64,000 nucleotides of DNA from Eledone cirrhosa (Eukaryota), in NCBI GenBank assembly GCA_964016885.1, contig OZ024757.1:5704001-5768000 (forward strand). Reading direction: 5' to 3'. Numbering within the stretch: the stretch's first letter is position 1; every line of letters begins with the position of its first letter. The notes under the pieces were generated by a model, which worked only from the letters and a program-made list of their open reading frames with translations, did not search any database and had not been told where the DNA came from. Shown in pieces: positions 24,236 to 38,667 of the stretch. The translations under genes and the position numbers were made by a program.

Positions 24236-25439
24236 ATTTCTAGCTAGTGATCTTTACATAAAGGATTCTCACCACTTATACTTATACATTAAGAAATGTA
24301 GGTATCGTTAATAGATGCCATGTATTTTAATATACAAAGGTTCCATAAAAGACTGCAGAAGTCTGCTTTCTTCTTCTACAAGTTGTAATGTAGCATTTAG
24401 TTGGTAAAGTAATAAGACATGTGACAGTGTAAGACTGATCTTGGATGAAGAAAAGGCAAGTGCTTATATATATGTGTGTGTGATTATTGTGGAATATACC
24501 ACTATTATTATTGTTAAGGTGAGAGAAGCTCTATTCACAATAACATCCTCAGCTCATAAAACTTCTATAGTTAAGGTTCTTGTTATTGAGGACAGTTCAG
24601 GTGACAAGAGAATTAATACCCATAATTACAAAAGATGAAGGTTAATACATATATATATATAGACATACAGTGTAGGTATGAGAGAGAGAAATAGCCGTGT
24701 GTGTGTGTAGAAATATGTGTAGGTGTTGTAATAAATCAAGATATTTCACTTCAGATAGAAAAGTTCACAATGTTTGTGTTGTGGTGGAAAACGAAATAAT
24801 ACGTACTTTAGTTTTCAAGACCAAATATAAAGTCAAGAAAAGTTAGTAAAAACTAAATGTTCACTGATTTCTGATTAAAATATTTTCCTGACCTGTAAAA
24901 TGTTGAACAACCACTTCAATATTTAATAATACAGGTGATAAAACAACAACTATCAGGTAAATAAGTCACCTTATGTTATTTACAAACATTAACGTCCACC
25001 TTAATATGAAATAATCACCATAAAAGATAAAATTAGATGAGGTTTAAGTTGTAACAATGGAGCTGATATAAATGGTAATATTTCACCGTCTAGTTGACAC
25101 CGGTGTCATCATTTAAAAGTCCCCCACATAATTTAATACATTCAGAAACAACTTCCGTTATATTACTTCACATCTTCAATCTATATGTTAGTTCTTTATT
25201 CAGATTTGTATAAATAACATTATTAATTTTACATAGTTGTTTATATTAAAACAAAACACAATATAAAAGGTAATAAAATATTTAAGAAATGGAAATGTAA
25301 CATAAATGTGGATATAAGTTGTAACGATGGAGCCACTGTAGATAACTTTCCAATGTCTAGTTGACACCGGTGTCATGACTTGAAAGTCCCCTACATAATT
25401 TAATACATTCAGAAACAACTTCCGTTATATGAACTAGCA

Positions 25440-25625
25440 GAGGATTGGCAGTACCAGTAGAGGGTCGGACGCCATGCTTTGACGCATAGAGTTACGGTCC
25501 TTGCCATTCTGAGTTCAAATCCCGCCGAGGTTAACTTTGCCTTTCATCCTTTCGGGGTCGATAAAATAAAGTACCAGTAATACACTGGGTTAATTGCTGG
25601 CCGTGTGCCAAAAGTAGAAACAGTT
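25440..25625 (+). mobile_element. tRNA-derived SINE
   Basis: A-box-like TGGCAGTACCAGTAGA, B box GAGTTCAAATCCC, and core GCCTTTCATCCTTTCGGGGTCGATAAAATAAAGTACCAG (Meta/Sauria-SINE-like domain). Confidence 0.8.
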
Positions 25626-26279
25626 ATATGAACTAGCAGAAAACTACCTTCGGGTGATTTTCTGCTAGCATGTGTAGTGTGTATATTGATATTATACACA
25701 AGTATATATACATGTAGATATGATACATCAAATAAAATCGTAATTGACAATATATAATACACAGAAATTGAACGAAGACTGTGTTACACTGTCTTATGTA
25801 ATCAGTAACGTAATCCATGATACATTAAAAAAGACGATATTATATATAAACTGCATTAGGAGAAATTTAGTGACAGAAAATTAGTATGTTTATTGAAGTG
25901 ATGGCCAACCGGAAGTGTTGACATTTCAGAAATTTTAAAGAAGTGAATCTTTAAATAAACAAAATGTATTTAATCAACAGCCACGAAATTTAGTAGATAA
26001 ATTATGTAATATTCATTCATTATTTATTGAAAGTAATCCAACTTATTTTACTAATGGGATAACAAATTATAAACCGTACTCAGTCCCACGCTCCTCCTTT
26101 TATTATAGTTTAGATTCATACGTTCAATAGATATGCTAGTACTTTATTCAGATTTGAATAAATAACGTTATTAATGTTATATAACTGTTCATATTAAACC
26201 AAAACACATTATTAAAGGTAATAAAATATTTAAGTAATGGGGAAAAAAAAACGAATCAAACAACGAAAATAATTGTTTC

Positions 26280-26455
26280 TACTCTTGGCACAAGGCCAGC
26301 AATTAAAGCAGTGTATTACTGGTACTTCATTTTATCGACCTCGTAAGGATGAAAAGCAAAGTTAATCCTCGCGGGATTTGAACTCAGATCGTAAAGGGAG
26401 GAAACTATATGCTACAAAGCATGGCGTCCGACGCTCTACCGATATTGCCAATCCA
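26280..26455 (-). mobile_element. tRNA-derived SINE
   Basis: Reverse-complement match to 25440-25625. Confidence 0.75.
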
Positions 26456-27239
26456 ACGAAAATAACGGGAGAGGGACAGACTTTATATTTCAGTCTGAGC
26501 TGTGATTCAGCCCCACCCTACAGACAAAATGGCAAAGGTGTTACCACAGAGAATAGCCAGAGACACCCACTACAACATCCACCCCACCTCATGGGACTAC
26601 TTCCTCAAGTAGTCTGCTGTCTTTCTAATTTTGAGGAGGAAATCAGCAGTGTGGGGACAAATAGGAAGTGGTTTGTCAGGCCCCGGTATTTAACTATCTC
26701 CCTCTTCTCTCTATTGCAGGTAGTAAAGCCTGGGTTTGTGGCTGCAGGGAAAATGTTGGAGGCAGAGAATGATCCAACCCATGCTAAACCTCCAACTAAA
26801 GCTGATACTTGTCTTTTTCAGCTGTGGAGATTAGAGACATGTGGAATGATGTGTCTTGCTTAAGGACACAATGTACCTCCCTAACTGACAATTGAAAACA
26901 TGATATTACCATATGTTGTATGGCTTCACTATACAATATATATGTGTTTGTATACATATATATAGTATATATTTGTGTGTATACATTGTCTCATTCCATG
27001 AGAGTAACTTGGTCAGCCTTTGAACTCCTCATCCGACCCTTCTATAAGTATATACATGTTTGTCAGTGTGTGTGTACATATGTATATAGAATATTGTCAC
27101 AACTACTATATACACCACATATACACTATATATAATATTGTCCAATATATATAGACTATATGTCATGTTGTCCAAGGGAAAGGCTGATATAGATCAGCAC
27201 CAGTGACATTACAACTATTATATACACTATATATCAACA

Positions 27240-28062
27240 TCATCATTATCATTTAACGTCTGTCTTCCACGCTAGCATGGGTTAGACAGGAGGTGTCCCA
27301 CTTGAGGCAAGATTGATCGGGTGACCGTGTCTCGCTCGTATAGGACTGTATCTGGCAGGTTTTCTACAGCTGGATGCCCGTCCTAACACCAGCCACATTT
27401 CCAGTGTGGACTGGGAGCCTTTTCGTGATGACACCTACACTACCTCTTTAGTTTGGACTGGATGTTGTGGTACCAACATAACTTTACAGAGACAGGGTGG
27501 TGTTGGTGGGAGTGGGAGCATGCAGTAGGGTGTGTGGGTTGGGTGTATATTTGGTTAGGAGGGGCCTACTGACTGTAGGTTAACTTTGCACGTAGGGAAG
27601 GCAGGTCTTCTCTGTTACTGTGTGGTACCATAGATCTCGATCCAGTGACATTGTCTAAGAGAGGTGTAAGTGTGCAAGGTTGGATTTTATGTCGTCCCAG
27701 GTTTTTCTGGGTCTACCTACTCCGTAACTTCCATCAATTTTGATCACCCTGCACTTTTTTATAAAGCTGTCGTCTTGCATGCGCATCACATGACCATACC
27801 AATGTAATCTTCTCTCAAGTAAACAGCATCTGATCCCTCTTATTCCTAATTCTCACTTAGTTTGTTTATGTTTTGCCGTTCATGTATCTTACAATTACAC
27901 ATCCAACAGAGCATGCATGCTTCGTTCCTTTCCAATCTGCGCAGGTCCTCTGTACACAATGCCCGTGTTTCACTGCCATGTAACATTGCTGTTCATATGC
28001 AGGCATCATACAGCCTGCCTTTCATTTTTAGAGAAACTGTTTGTGTCCAGCAGCGGTATTAG
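27240..28062 (-). mobile_element. RTE LINE 3' fragment (paralog of 1-757)
   Basis: Near-identical to 1-757 and includes the (CAT)n tail. Confidence 0.9.
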
Positions 28063-28119
28063 CTCATTGTGACATGTGAGAGAAACCATTTTCTTTGAAT
28101 GTTACATTAACTACACACA

Positions 28120-28490
28120 AACATATACAGGAGAGGAACTATATCACTATGATGTCTGTGGTAAATGCTTCTCTAAATTCTGTGACTTTACTACACACTA
28201 ACATATACACGAGAGGAACCATATCACTGTGATGTCTGTGGTACCTCACTCTCTAAATGTTGTGGCTTCACTACATACTAACATATACAGGAGAGGAACC
28301 ATATCACTGTGGTGTCTGTGGTACCTCACTCTCTAAATGTTGTGACTTTACTACACACTAACATATACAGGAGAGGAACTATATCACTGTGATATCTGTG
28401 GTACCTCACTCTCTAAATGTTGTGGCTTCACTACACACTAACATATACAGGAGAGGAACCATATCACTGTGGTACCTCACTCTCTAAAAT
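28120..28490 (+). pseudogene. 80-bp dead zinc-finger tandem array (about 4-5 units)
   Basis: Same unit as 860-1580 with fewer copies. Confidence 0.85.
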
Positions 28491-28903
28491 TTGTTTGCTT
28501 TTAAGAAACCACTGGTAAATGAAATAATTGCCTTATGTTATTTATTACATAACTATTAAGCTCTGTTACCTACATAGAGCACTCTTTTTTCCTGGACTTT
28601 TCCGACGGAATTACTTCACATATATATATATATATAAACGAAAAAAATGAAACAAAATTTCATTTCCCACTCTTAGTACGGTTGTTACTTAAATATAAGT
28701 ATGTATACGTACATACATATATGTATACAGACGTACAGTAGTATGTATATATATATACATACATGCACACATATATATATATGTACGTATGGATTCACCA
28801 AACATTCATTACAATGCTCGGTGTGTTTGTAAACAAACATCCCGTATTAAGCCGTAGTGTCCAGCAACCATCGTTGCTCGTTTGTTCAACACTGACAAAG
28901 GAA

Positions 28904-28944
28904 CGCTGTACTAATTTCAAGCTTGTTAGCTATCGTCAGCAACG
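28904..28944 (-). ncRNA. Minimal hammerhead motif (family A paralog)
   Basis: As 1985-2025 but GAAAT TA GTA (C>T in stem III). Confidence 0.6.
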
Positions 28945-29505
28945 TATACCTTCCTGCCGATATGCAAATTGGGCTACTCAGCCATTAATATGCATAAGGA
29001 AATTATATACTTTCGGACGTTCAACCATCTGGCAGGAAGGTATGTTGCAATTTGTATATAATAGGGGTTAATTTGAAGCAGAAAATGTTGGGGACCACTT
29101 AAGACAACAAATCGTCCTTTTTATTTTATAACAATTATTATTATTATTATCATATATATATATATTTTAGTCAACTTTGCTCCTCTCCTAAATCTGCTGC
29201 TCTTGAGCCTAATTTACAAATCAATAGAGATTTAACTAGTTTTAGCAAATAATATTTGTTGTTTCATATTTCTTGAAACATTTCTTATAATTGACTGTGA
29301 CTAACAACAATCAGTAAACTATACCATCAATACCCCCCAGTGATACAAACCTGGACAGTGTGGAAGAATTCTCTCAGGCATGGAGAACACTAGGTACCAG
29401 TTACCTTGTGGTCCCAGGAGAGGACAGAATGGTGAAAGGGGGTTACCCTGGAGACAGCAAGTGAGATGTGTTGAAATAGCTTTTAAAACTTGTGGGGCTC
29501 TCACC

Positions 29506-29860
29506 TGTGTGTGGCCAACTCCACCCTGATAACAGTTAGTAGGGAGCTGGTATAGGGACCAAGTCTGACAATTTTCTCCACCACTATAGTTTAACAAGAC
29601 ACTCCTGTGTGTGGCTAACTCCACCCTGATAACAGTTAGTAGGGAGGTGGTATAGGGACCAAGTCTGACAATTGTCTCCACCACTATAGTTTAACAAGAC
29701 ACTCCTGTGTGTGGCTAACTCCACCATGATAACAGTTAGTAGGGAGGTGGTATAGGGACCAAGTCTGACAATTGTCTCCACCACTATAGTTTAACAAGAC
29801 ACTCCTGTGTGTGGCTAACTCCACCCTGATAACAGTTAGTAGGGAGGTAGTTTAGGGACC
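29506..29860. repeat. 100-bp tandem repeat, about 3.5 copies
   Basis: tgtgtggctaactccaccctgataacagttagtagggag recurs every 100 nt. Confidence 0.92.
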
Positions 29861-30091
29861 AGAATGCCAGAAATCTCCATTACTACAACTTCAACAACAA
29901 ACAACTAATACTTCAACAGTTTGTGATCTTTTGTGATTAAGTTTTAATTTTTCTTGTTACTTTAGGGAAACAATGATATCAACAAAGTTAGTGGCCCTAT
30001 AACCAGGATATTGTCAAATTTCTAAATTTCAGTTGTAAAATATACAAAGAGTGATAGAATTTCAGTCATTTTAAACAACATTGAAGTGTTT

Positions 30092-31090
30092 GTGTTAGAT
30101 GTATTAAAACTGCTTACAAGATGGTATCATTACATATGGTGTTAATAACAGAGATTTAGATGGGTGTTAGATGTATTAAAACTATTTTCAAGATGATATC
30201 ATTACATGTGGTGTTAATAACAGAGATTTAGATGGGTGTTAGATGTATTAAAACTACTTACAAGATGATATTACATATGGTGTTAATAACAGAGATTTAG
30301 ATGGGTGTTAGATGTATTAAAACTACTTACAAGATGATATTACATATGGTGTTAATAACAGAGATTTAGATGGGTGTTAGATGTATTAAAACTACTCACA
30401 AGATGATATCATTACATATGGTGTTAATAACAGAGATTTAGATGGATGTTAGATGTATTAAAACTATTTTCAAGATGATATCATTACATGTGGTGTTAAT
30501 AACAGAGATTTAGATGGGTGTTAGATGTATTAAAACTACTTACAAGATGATATTACATATGGTGTTAATAACAGAGATTTAGATGGGTGTTAGATGTATT
30601 AAAACTACTTACAAGATGATATCATTGCATATGGTGTTAATAACAGAGATTTAGATGGGTGTTAGATGTATTAAAACTACTTACAAGATGATATCATTAC
30701 ATATGGTGTTAATAACAGAGATTTAGATGGGTGTTAGATGTATTAAAACTACTTACAAGATGGTATCATTACATATGGTGTTAATAACAGAGATTTAGAT
30801 GGGTGTTAGATGTATTAAAACTACTTACAAGGTGATATCATTACATATGGTGTTAATAACAGAGATTTAGATTGGTGTTAGATGTATTAAAATTACTTAC
30901 AAGATGATATCATTACATATGGTGTTAATAACAGAGATTTAGATAGGTATTCGATGTATTAAAACTACTTACAAGATGATATCATTACATATGGTGTTAA
31001 TAACAGAGATTTAGATGGGTGTTAGATGTATTAAAACTACTTACAAGATGATATCATTACATATGGTGTTAATAACAGAGATTTAGATGG
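30092..31090. repeat. 72/69-bp minisatellite, about 14 copies
   Basis: GTGTTAGATGTATTAAAACTACTTACAAGATGATAT(CAT)TACATATGGTGTTAATAACAGAGATTTAGATGG. Confidence 0.95.
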
Positions 31091-31808
31091 CAAAATAACA
31101 AAATGTTGAAGTTACAGACTTGATAAATTCCTTAAATATAATTCTTTTATTAACATCAAATAGAATGAAATTTAGGACATAAATAGAATTTATAAAATTA
31201 ATTATGAAAAATTAATAAATTGTTTACAAAACAATGAAATCAATAAAAAAAAAAGGGAGTCAGAAAGAAAAAGAAAAACAGGTAAAACTACTCCTTCAAT
31301 TACTGTAACAGAGAATGTTGGTGTTACCCTCTAAAATTTCTGAGACTAGACACTCACAGCAATACCTCAGATGATAGAGGGTCCCTCCAATTACACACTA
31401 CAACAGGGAATGTTGGTGTAGGGCTCTAAAATGTATCATAGCAGAGAAGACATTACCTCAGGTGATAGAGGGTCCCTTAATTACACACTACAACAGGCAA
31501 TGTTGGTGTAAGCCTCTAAAACTTTTCATAGCAGGTGAGAGACGGTCTCTTAATTACACACACTATAGGAGGGAATGTTGGTGTAGGCCTCTAAAATTCA
31601 ACATAGCCCTAGAAGGCAATAACTTAGGTGATAGAGGTCCCTTAATTACACACACTATAGCAGGAAATGTTAGTGTTGACAAACCAAGGCTGAAATTTCT
31701 GGCATAGATTTAAAATTAATTCAAAAAGTCAAGAATAGATCAGAGAAAGATTTTAATTTCAAATGAAAATAAAATACCTCAGGTGATAGAGGGTCCCTTA
31801 ATTACACA

Positions 31809-33223
<1,415 letters not shown>

Positions 33224-33974
33224 TGTATGCCTGTGTAACTGTATCTATATTGGTAGAAACAGGTGTGGTAGAAATGTCCAAGTGTTTAACGTCCTCCATA
33301 GTAATTCTTGAAGAATTCTTCAAAGTTCTGAAGATATATGACTGTGTAAGACAGATGTTGGTATAAGAAAGTGTAAGAGAGATAGTGTGTGTGTGTGTGT
33401 TTGTGTCTTAATAAATGAGGATTGTTCACCACGGAGTGTAGAAAAGTACACAATATCTGCTGTGGTAACAATACAAATAATACGTATTTTATATTTCAAG
33501 TCCAAGTGTAAAGTCAGGAAAGACCAGGGAAGCTAATTGTTCAGATGTTGGTGATTTAAACCTATTTCTCACTGTCCTGTAACATGTGGAACAACCAATT
33601 CACGATGTAGCGTAGTTTCTCATGAAATGAAATATTTAATCATGTAGGAGATGGAACACCTACCCTGGAACATGTAGCTCACTCTATGTTATCTACAGAA
33701 TATTAACTTTCACCTTAACATGAGATAATTGATACACAAGATATAATTAGATTAATTAAAGTTATTAAGATAGCAGGTACGTGGTGTCGTTAATAATGTT
33801 TTCCCGGTCTTAAATAAAGCCGGTGTCATACGTTAAAAGTCCCTGACCTAATTTAATTCCTTCAGAAAGACCTTCAGTTACATCAATTCACTCCATCAAT
33901 TGTATCCAACCCATGGTAAAACAAACAACATCTCCCAGTAAAATATTTATTACGTAACAACGAGGGAGTCTCTT

Positions 33975-34046
33975 ACCTGGTTACTTGCCCTGGTAGAAAT
34001 AGCAGCCAAATAACCCTCTAGCTCTAAATAAACATCGGCCATATTC
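33975..34046 (-). promoter_or_regulatory. Candidate promoter and first non-coding exon of the ZNF pseudogene
   Basis: Minus strand: YY1-like AATATGGCCG at about 34045 and donor CCAG|GTAAGA at 33977/33976. Acceptor TTACAG|G at 33577/33576 is conserved in the paralogs (about 16100, 21808, 24892, 38783). Confidence 0.45.
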
Positions 34047-34096
34047 TGCAATTTAGTCACACATAAACACACACACACGTGTATGTTTATATACAT

Positions 34097-34150
<54 letters not shown>

Positions 34151-34774
34151 ACGTGATGGTCACGGCTGGAACAACTTTAAATAAAGGATTATTCAATCAT
34201 TCTAAGGCGATATTTATATAAAGCTAAAGTGGAGTTATCTCCCCTGGTAGTTTACTACATCACGTGGTCTGTGTGTCATCATCCTTATCACTGTTTAACG
34301 CCACGCTAGCATGGGTCAGACTAATTGCCCTATTGTGGGATCAGATGACTGTGTCTTGCTCATACAGAACTGTTTCTAGCTTGGTCTCTACGTCTTCCCT
34401 TTTAACGTCAACCACATTTTCAGTGTGGAGACTGAGTGTTTTTATCATGGCTCCAAAACGACAACTTTACAGCGTGAACTCGGCGCTTTTTGTCGTGTTA
34501 CCAACGTGACCAGATGACAGTATGGAGTGGCCGCCTTTTGTCGTAGCACCAAAATGACCAAATTACAGTGTGGACTGGGAAAGTTTTATCACGTCAACAA
34601 CACGACCACTTTACTGTGTCGGCTCGACGCTTTTCATCTTGTCACCAAGTTTGGGGTAGGCGTATATTGTGGTGTCACCATCACGATATTGGAGGCTAGA
34701 CGTTTGGGTCGCTACCAAACCTACTCTACTGGGTGGACTGGGTTCCCCAACATAACGACCATAAAGTACAGTTT

Positions 34775-36064
34775 GGTGCTCCTCGAGTTTTTGGGATTCA
34801 AACTCACACTCAGACAGACATTTTCAGTGTTATATATATACTAGCAGTGGTACCCGGCGTTGCACGGGATCTGTATTTTGGAACGCGGGAAGCCAACAGA
34901 CTTAATCGTGGAAAATCTGCATGCCTGGACAATATGTAAAGAAAATAAACCGAAAATAAACCGAATACTCTGATGGATAGATAATCTTTAAGATTTTCCT
35001 CGATGAAGCTGGAAAAATGTAGACCCTAGGGATTCAAGAAAATAATTTTTTTTATGTGCATAATATGCCTTGAAATTTCGATAAAAGTGGCTATACGTAA
35101 CGCCTCCAAAAAGCCTGAAAAAGCTGAAAAAGCTGAAAAAATGAAGTTTTTCACCTAATGTGGGCCCTAGGCCATAAAAAAGTTGGATTTTCTTTGCTCG
35201 CGGTATGAAGAAGAGACTGACTAATACATAGTTACAATTTCAAGGTAATCGGTCTGACGTAACGCCTAAAAATACCCCTAAAAAACTGAAAAATCGCAGT
35301 TTTTCACCTAATGCGGGCCCTAGATGATCAAAAAGTAATACACATGTAAAGTTTGATTCCCTGAAACATAAGTATTACATTTGTAAAGTTTGAAAACAGT
35401 CGGTATGGTGCTTCTCGAGTTTTAGAGATTCACACTCACACACACACAGACAGATATCCTCAGTGTTATATATATACTAGCAGTGGTACCCGGCGTTGCA
35501 CGGGATAAGGTATTTTGGAACGCGGGTTGCGAATAGACCTAATCGTGGAAAAACTGCATGCCTGGACAATATGTAAAGAAAATAAACCGAATACTCTGAT
35601 GGCTGGATAATCTTTAAGATTTCCCTCGATGAAGCAGGAAAAATGCAGGTTTTCACCTAATGCGGGCCCTAGGGGATCAAGAAAGTGAATTTTTTTTATG
35701 TGCATAATATGCCTTGAAATTTCGGGAAAATCGGCTAGACATGACGCCTCCAAGAAGCCCTAAAAGGCTGAAAAAATGAAATTGTTCACCTAATGCGGGC
35801 CTAGGCCATAATAGAGTTGGATTTTCTTTGCTTACGGTATGAAAAAGAGACTGACTAATACATAGTTACAATTTCAAGGAAATCGGTCTGACGTAATGCT
35901 ACAAAAAAACCCTAAAAATGTTCAAAAACGCAGTTGAATTTTTTTTATGTGCATAACACTCCCTGAAACATAAGTAATACACATGTAAAGTTTGAAAAAA
36001 ATCAGTTGGGTACTTCTCCAGTTTTAGGGATTCAAACTCACATACACAGAGACAGACATCGACA

Positions 36065-36080
<16 letters not shown>
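34775..36080 (-). mobile_element. Head-to-tail array of non-autonomous Helitrons
   Basis: The 3' end cccgtgcaacgccgggtaccactgCTAG ends at 34841 and at about 35477. Three 5' ends (tatataa.actg...tgtctgtc) resemble 2221-2255. Confidence 0.8.
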
Positions 36081-36118
<38 letters not shown>

Positions 36119-36124
36119 TATATC

Positions 36125-36165
<41 letters not shown>

Positions 36166-36742
36166 CACACAATGACAAACAGACAGAATCAGTATTTCAT
36201 TTATGGACCTCAAAATATAGAAGCAGCTTCACCTCAGTGAGATTTTTACTCTGAGAGCTAGAGCAGACACTGAACATATATCCAGATGTGCACACATCTA
36301 TAAATATACACATATCTACACACACATACACATATTTATACACACGTAATTATACTCACATAAAGATATACATATACACAAATGAAGATACAATCATTTT
36401 TCGCATGTGGAGCGTACTTCATCTTTATACTGTATATGTGTACTGTATATGTGTGTGTATATATATGTGTATATTTATGAGTGTATATGTGTATATTTAT
36501 GAGTGTATGTATGTACGTATTTGTATGAGTGGCCGTATGTATGTATGTCTATGTTTGTGTCTACGTGCGCTTATATGTATGTGTATACGCATGTATATGC
36601 GTATTTGTGTGTATATATATATATGGATATGTGTGTGTATGTGTATTTTTGTGTATTTATATATATATATATTTGACGCTATAGTCACTTATATATTATG
36701 GAATACTGTTGGCTTCTTGCTACAATAATTTCTATACTTTTC

Positions 36743-36799
<57 letters not shown>

Positions 36800-37000
36800 A
36801 TAACAATAAAATGTTAAAGGTAATCCGATAAGAGTCTACGAAAACGTCTCATGGACAGTTTAAGCACACGGTAGTATGGGACTCAACAAGATGTTTACTT
36901 TGGGGACAATTGTGCTTGTCTTCCTATGTAAATATATCTTGGAGTAATAACAAAGTTAAGAATAACATGGTTGACAAAACAATCAAGGGTATTTAATTAT

Positions 37001-37105
37001 AGTCTTACAATTGTTTCCATGGTGGAATTGTCTATAAATTACTAATACTGGAGAAGTATAAATCAACTTACAATACATTTAAATCAAACCATTTCATCAG
37101 AAACT
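37001..37105 (-). ncRNA. Type I hammerhead motif with long loop II (family E)
   Basis: Minus strand: agttt CTGATGA a-atggt...accat-g GAAAC AATT GTA agact (76 nt between the core halves), with palindromic ACAATTGT. Confidence 0.6.
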
Positions 37106-37488
37106 CTTAATAAATATAAAATATATGCCTAACGGTAAACTTAAAAGCACTACAACGGAATTGGCTGTCAGAAGTGAAAGTAGAAGAATATGACGTCATT
37201 CGTCAACCTTCGTTCATTTCCGTATCACCACGGGTTTATTAATGTTTATTTACGTTAGCGTAGTAATCAATGAAAATATATTTATTTCGCTCTGTGTATC
37301 AAATTAGACAACAAGTTAGCGTAATCGATTTGTTTTCAAATGAAATTACATTTATATATTTCAATAATGTTTCAATAGCATGGATACAGTAAAGTGAGTA
37401 GATTTGCAAACACATCGATTACGCTAACACCACTAATGCAGACTCTCACACAATCCCCACCACCATGTGTAAATAAATACACTTTGAA

Positions 37489-38577
37489 ATCACCACGTTC
37501 ATGTAAAACTTGGTTTTTTCCCTTTGGGATAATACACGGATTTGCAAGTTGAAAAATATGAATTCTACATTATACCCCAGGGTGGAGTTAATCATCGCCA
37601 TATTTCCATCGCTACCCCTACTACAGCAGATACCATTAATTGGTTGAACAAACATGGACTTCTGAATACTGAAAAGGTCTGCCCATCATGTGGTGAACGT
37701 ATGATGGAAGTAGCGAAAACAAATATGTCAGATGTAATAATCTGGCCATGTGGAAGGCCATGTAGAAACATGGAGTCGATTAGAAAAGGCAGCGAATGTG
37801 GCTGTAGCAGATTGGAGAAAGTTTTGCCGTGATATCGATCTGCTTTATTATTATTTCCTTGGCTAAGTTAATATCTAAGTTTTTGCTTACACGTTAATTA
37901 CAATTGTAACAGCTAGTCTAGTTTTTAATACACATGTTAAATAAGATTGTATATTATCGTTTTGTTTTAATTGTACCATAACTCTGGAAAAGTAGCTGGT
38001 TATTTGGTATCCATTGGACATACGAGAAGCTGTTATAATTATTAAACTACGGATGTTGAATTTATTTTCTTAATCCTGTATGTTATTAAAAGGTTCCCGA
38101 GTAGTACAGTAAATTAAAGCCTTTACGAACGGAACTAAGCAATGAAAGTATTTTTAATAAGTGTATCTCATCGTAAACGTATCTCTTAGAAATTCATAAA
38201 TGGCTGTGTAAACCCTTACACTTTAAAACAACATTACAAACCAATTATGTGGTCATTGAAGTTGCTAGAAATAGCAGGCAAATCTTATACCCTCTGCCAC
38301 ATCCTGTGTTCCTGGCAGCTGAGTATCAACCATCCATAAAGAATCTCAATGGGGAAAACTTTCTTCAATGTCTGCCAGTATTACAGAACAAGGTTATCTT
38401 GTAGTTACCCGCGTTAAATAGTTTTTTTTTAAAGAAAGTTTTCTAATTTTATAACTATGACTATGAAATAAAACGCGTGGAGATATGGAAACAAATAGAT
38501 TACGCTAAACGTAAATAAGTTGCAAATACGTGTATTATCCCAAAGTGAAAAACCAAGTTTTGCATCAACGTGGTGAT
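37489..38577 (+). mobile_element. Deleted DNA transposon with about 58-bp inverted repeats and a Merlin/ISXO2-like transposase N-terminal zinc ribbon
   Basis: IR atcaccacgtt.atg.aaaacttggttttt...gggataatacacg.atttgcaa at both ends. ORF fragment WLNKHGLL...CPSCGERM...DVIIWPCGRPCRNMESIRKGS. Confidence 0.55.
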
Positions 38578-38667
38578 GCATCAACGCTGGAAGATCCCAC
38601 TCAGGATGAGAGAGCAGCCCGGGTGCCGGTAGCCGATGCCCTCGCTTCCTCTTTTATGGTGATTATT

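Larger units (their letters stand above)
27313..29172 (+). repeat. Segmental duplicate of 1-2220 (without the Helitron)
   Basis: Colinear LINE fragment, 80-bp finger array, family A element and the flank ...tatattttagtc. Confidence 0.92.

Noticed and set aside
25440-25530. tRNA gene
   Set aside because: A/B boxes belong to a SINE head followed by the SINE core, and no complete cloverleaf is seen.
26378-26863. 161-aa ORF
   Set aside because: Starts inside a SINE at a non-ATG codon and has no recognisable domain.
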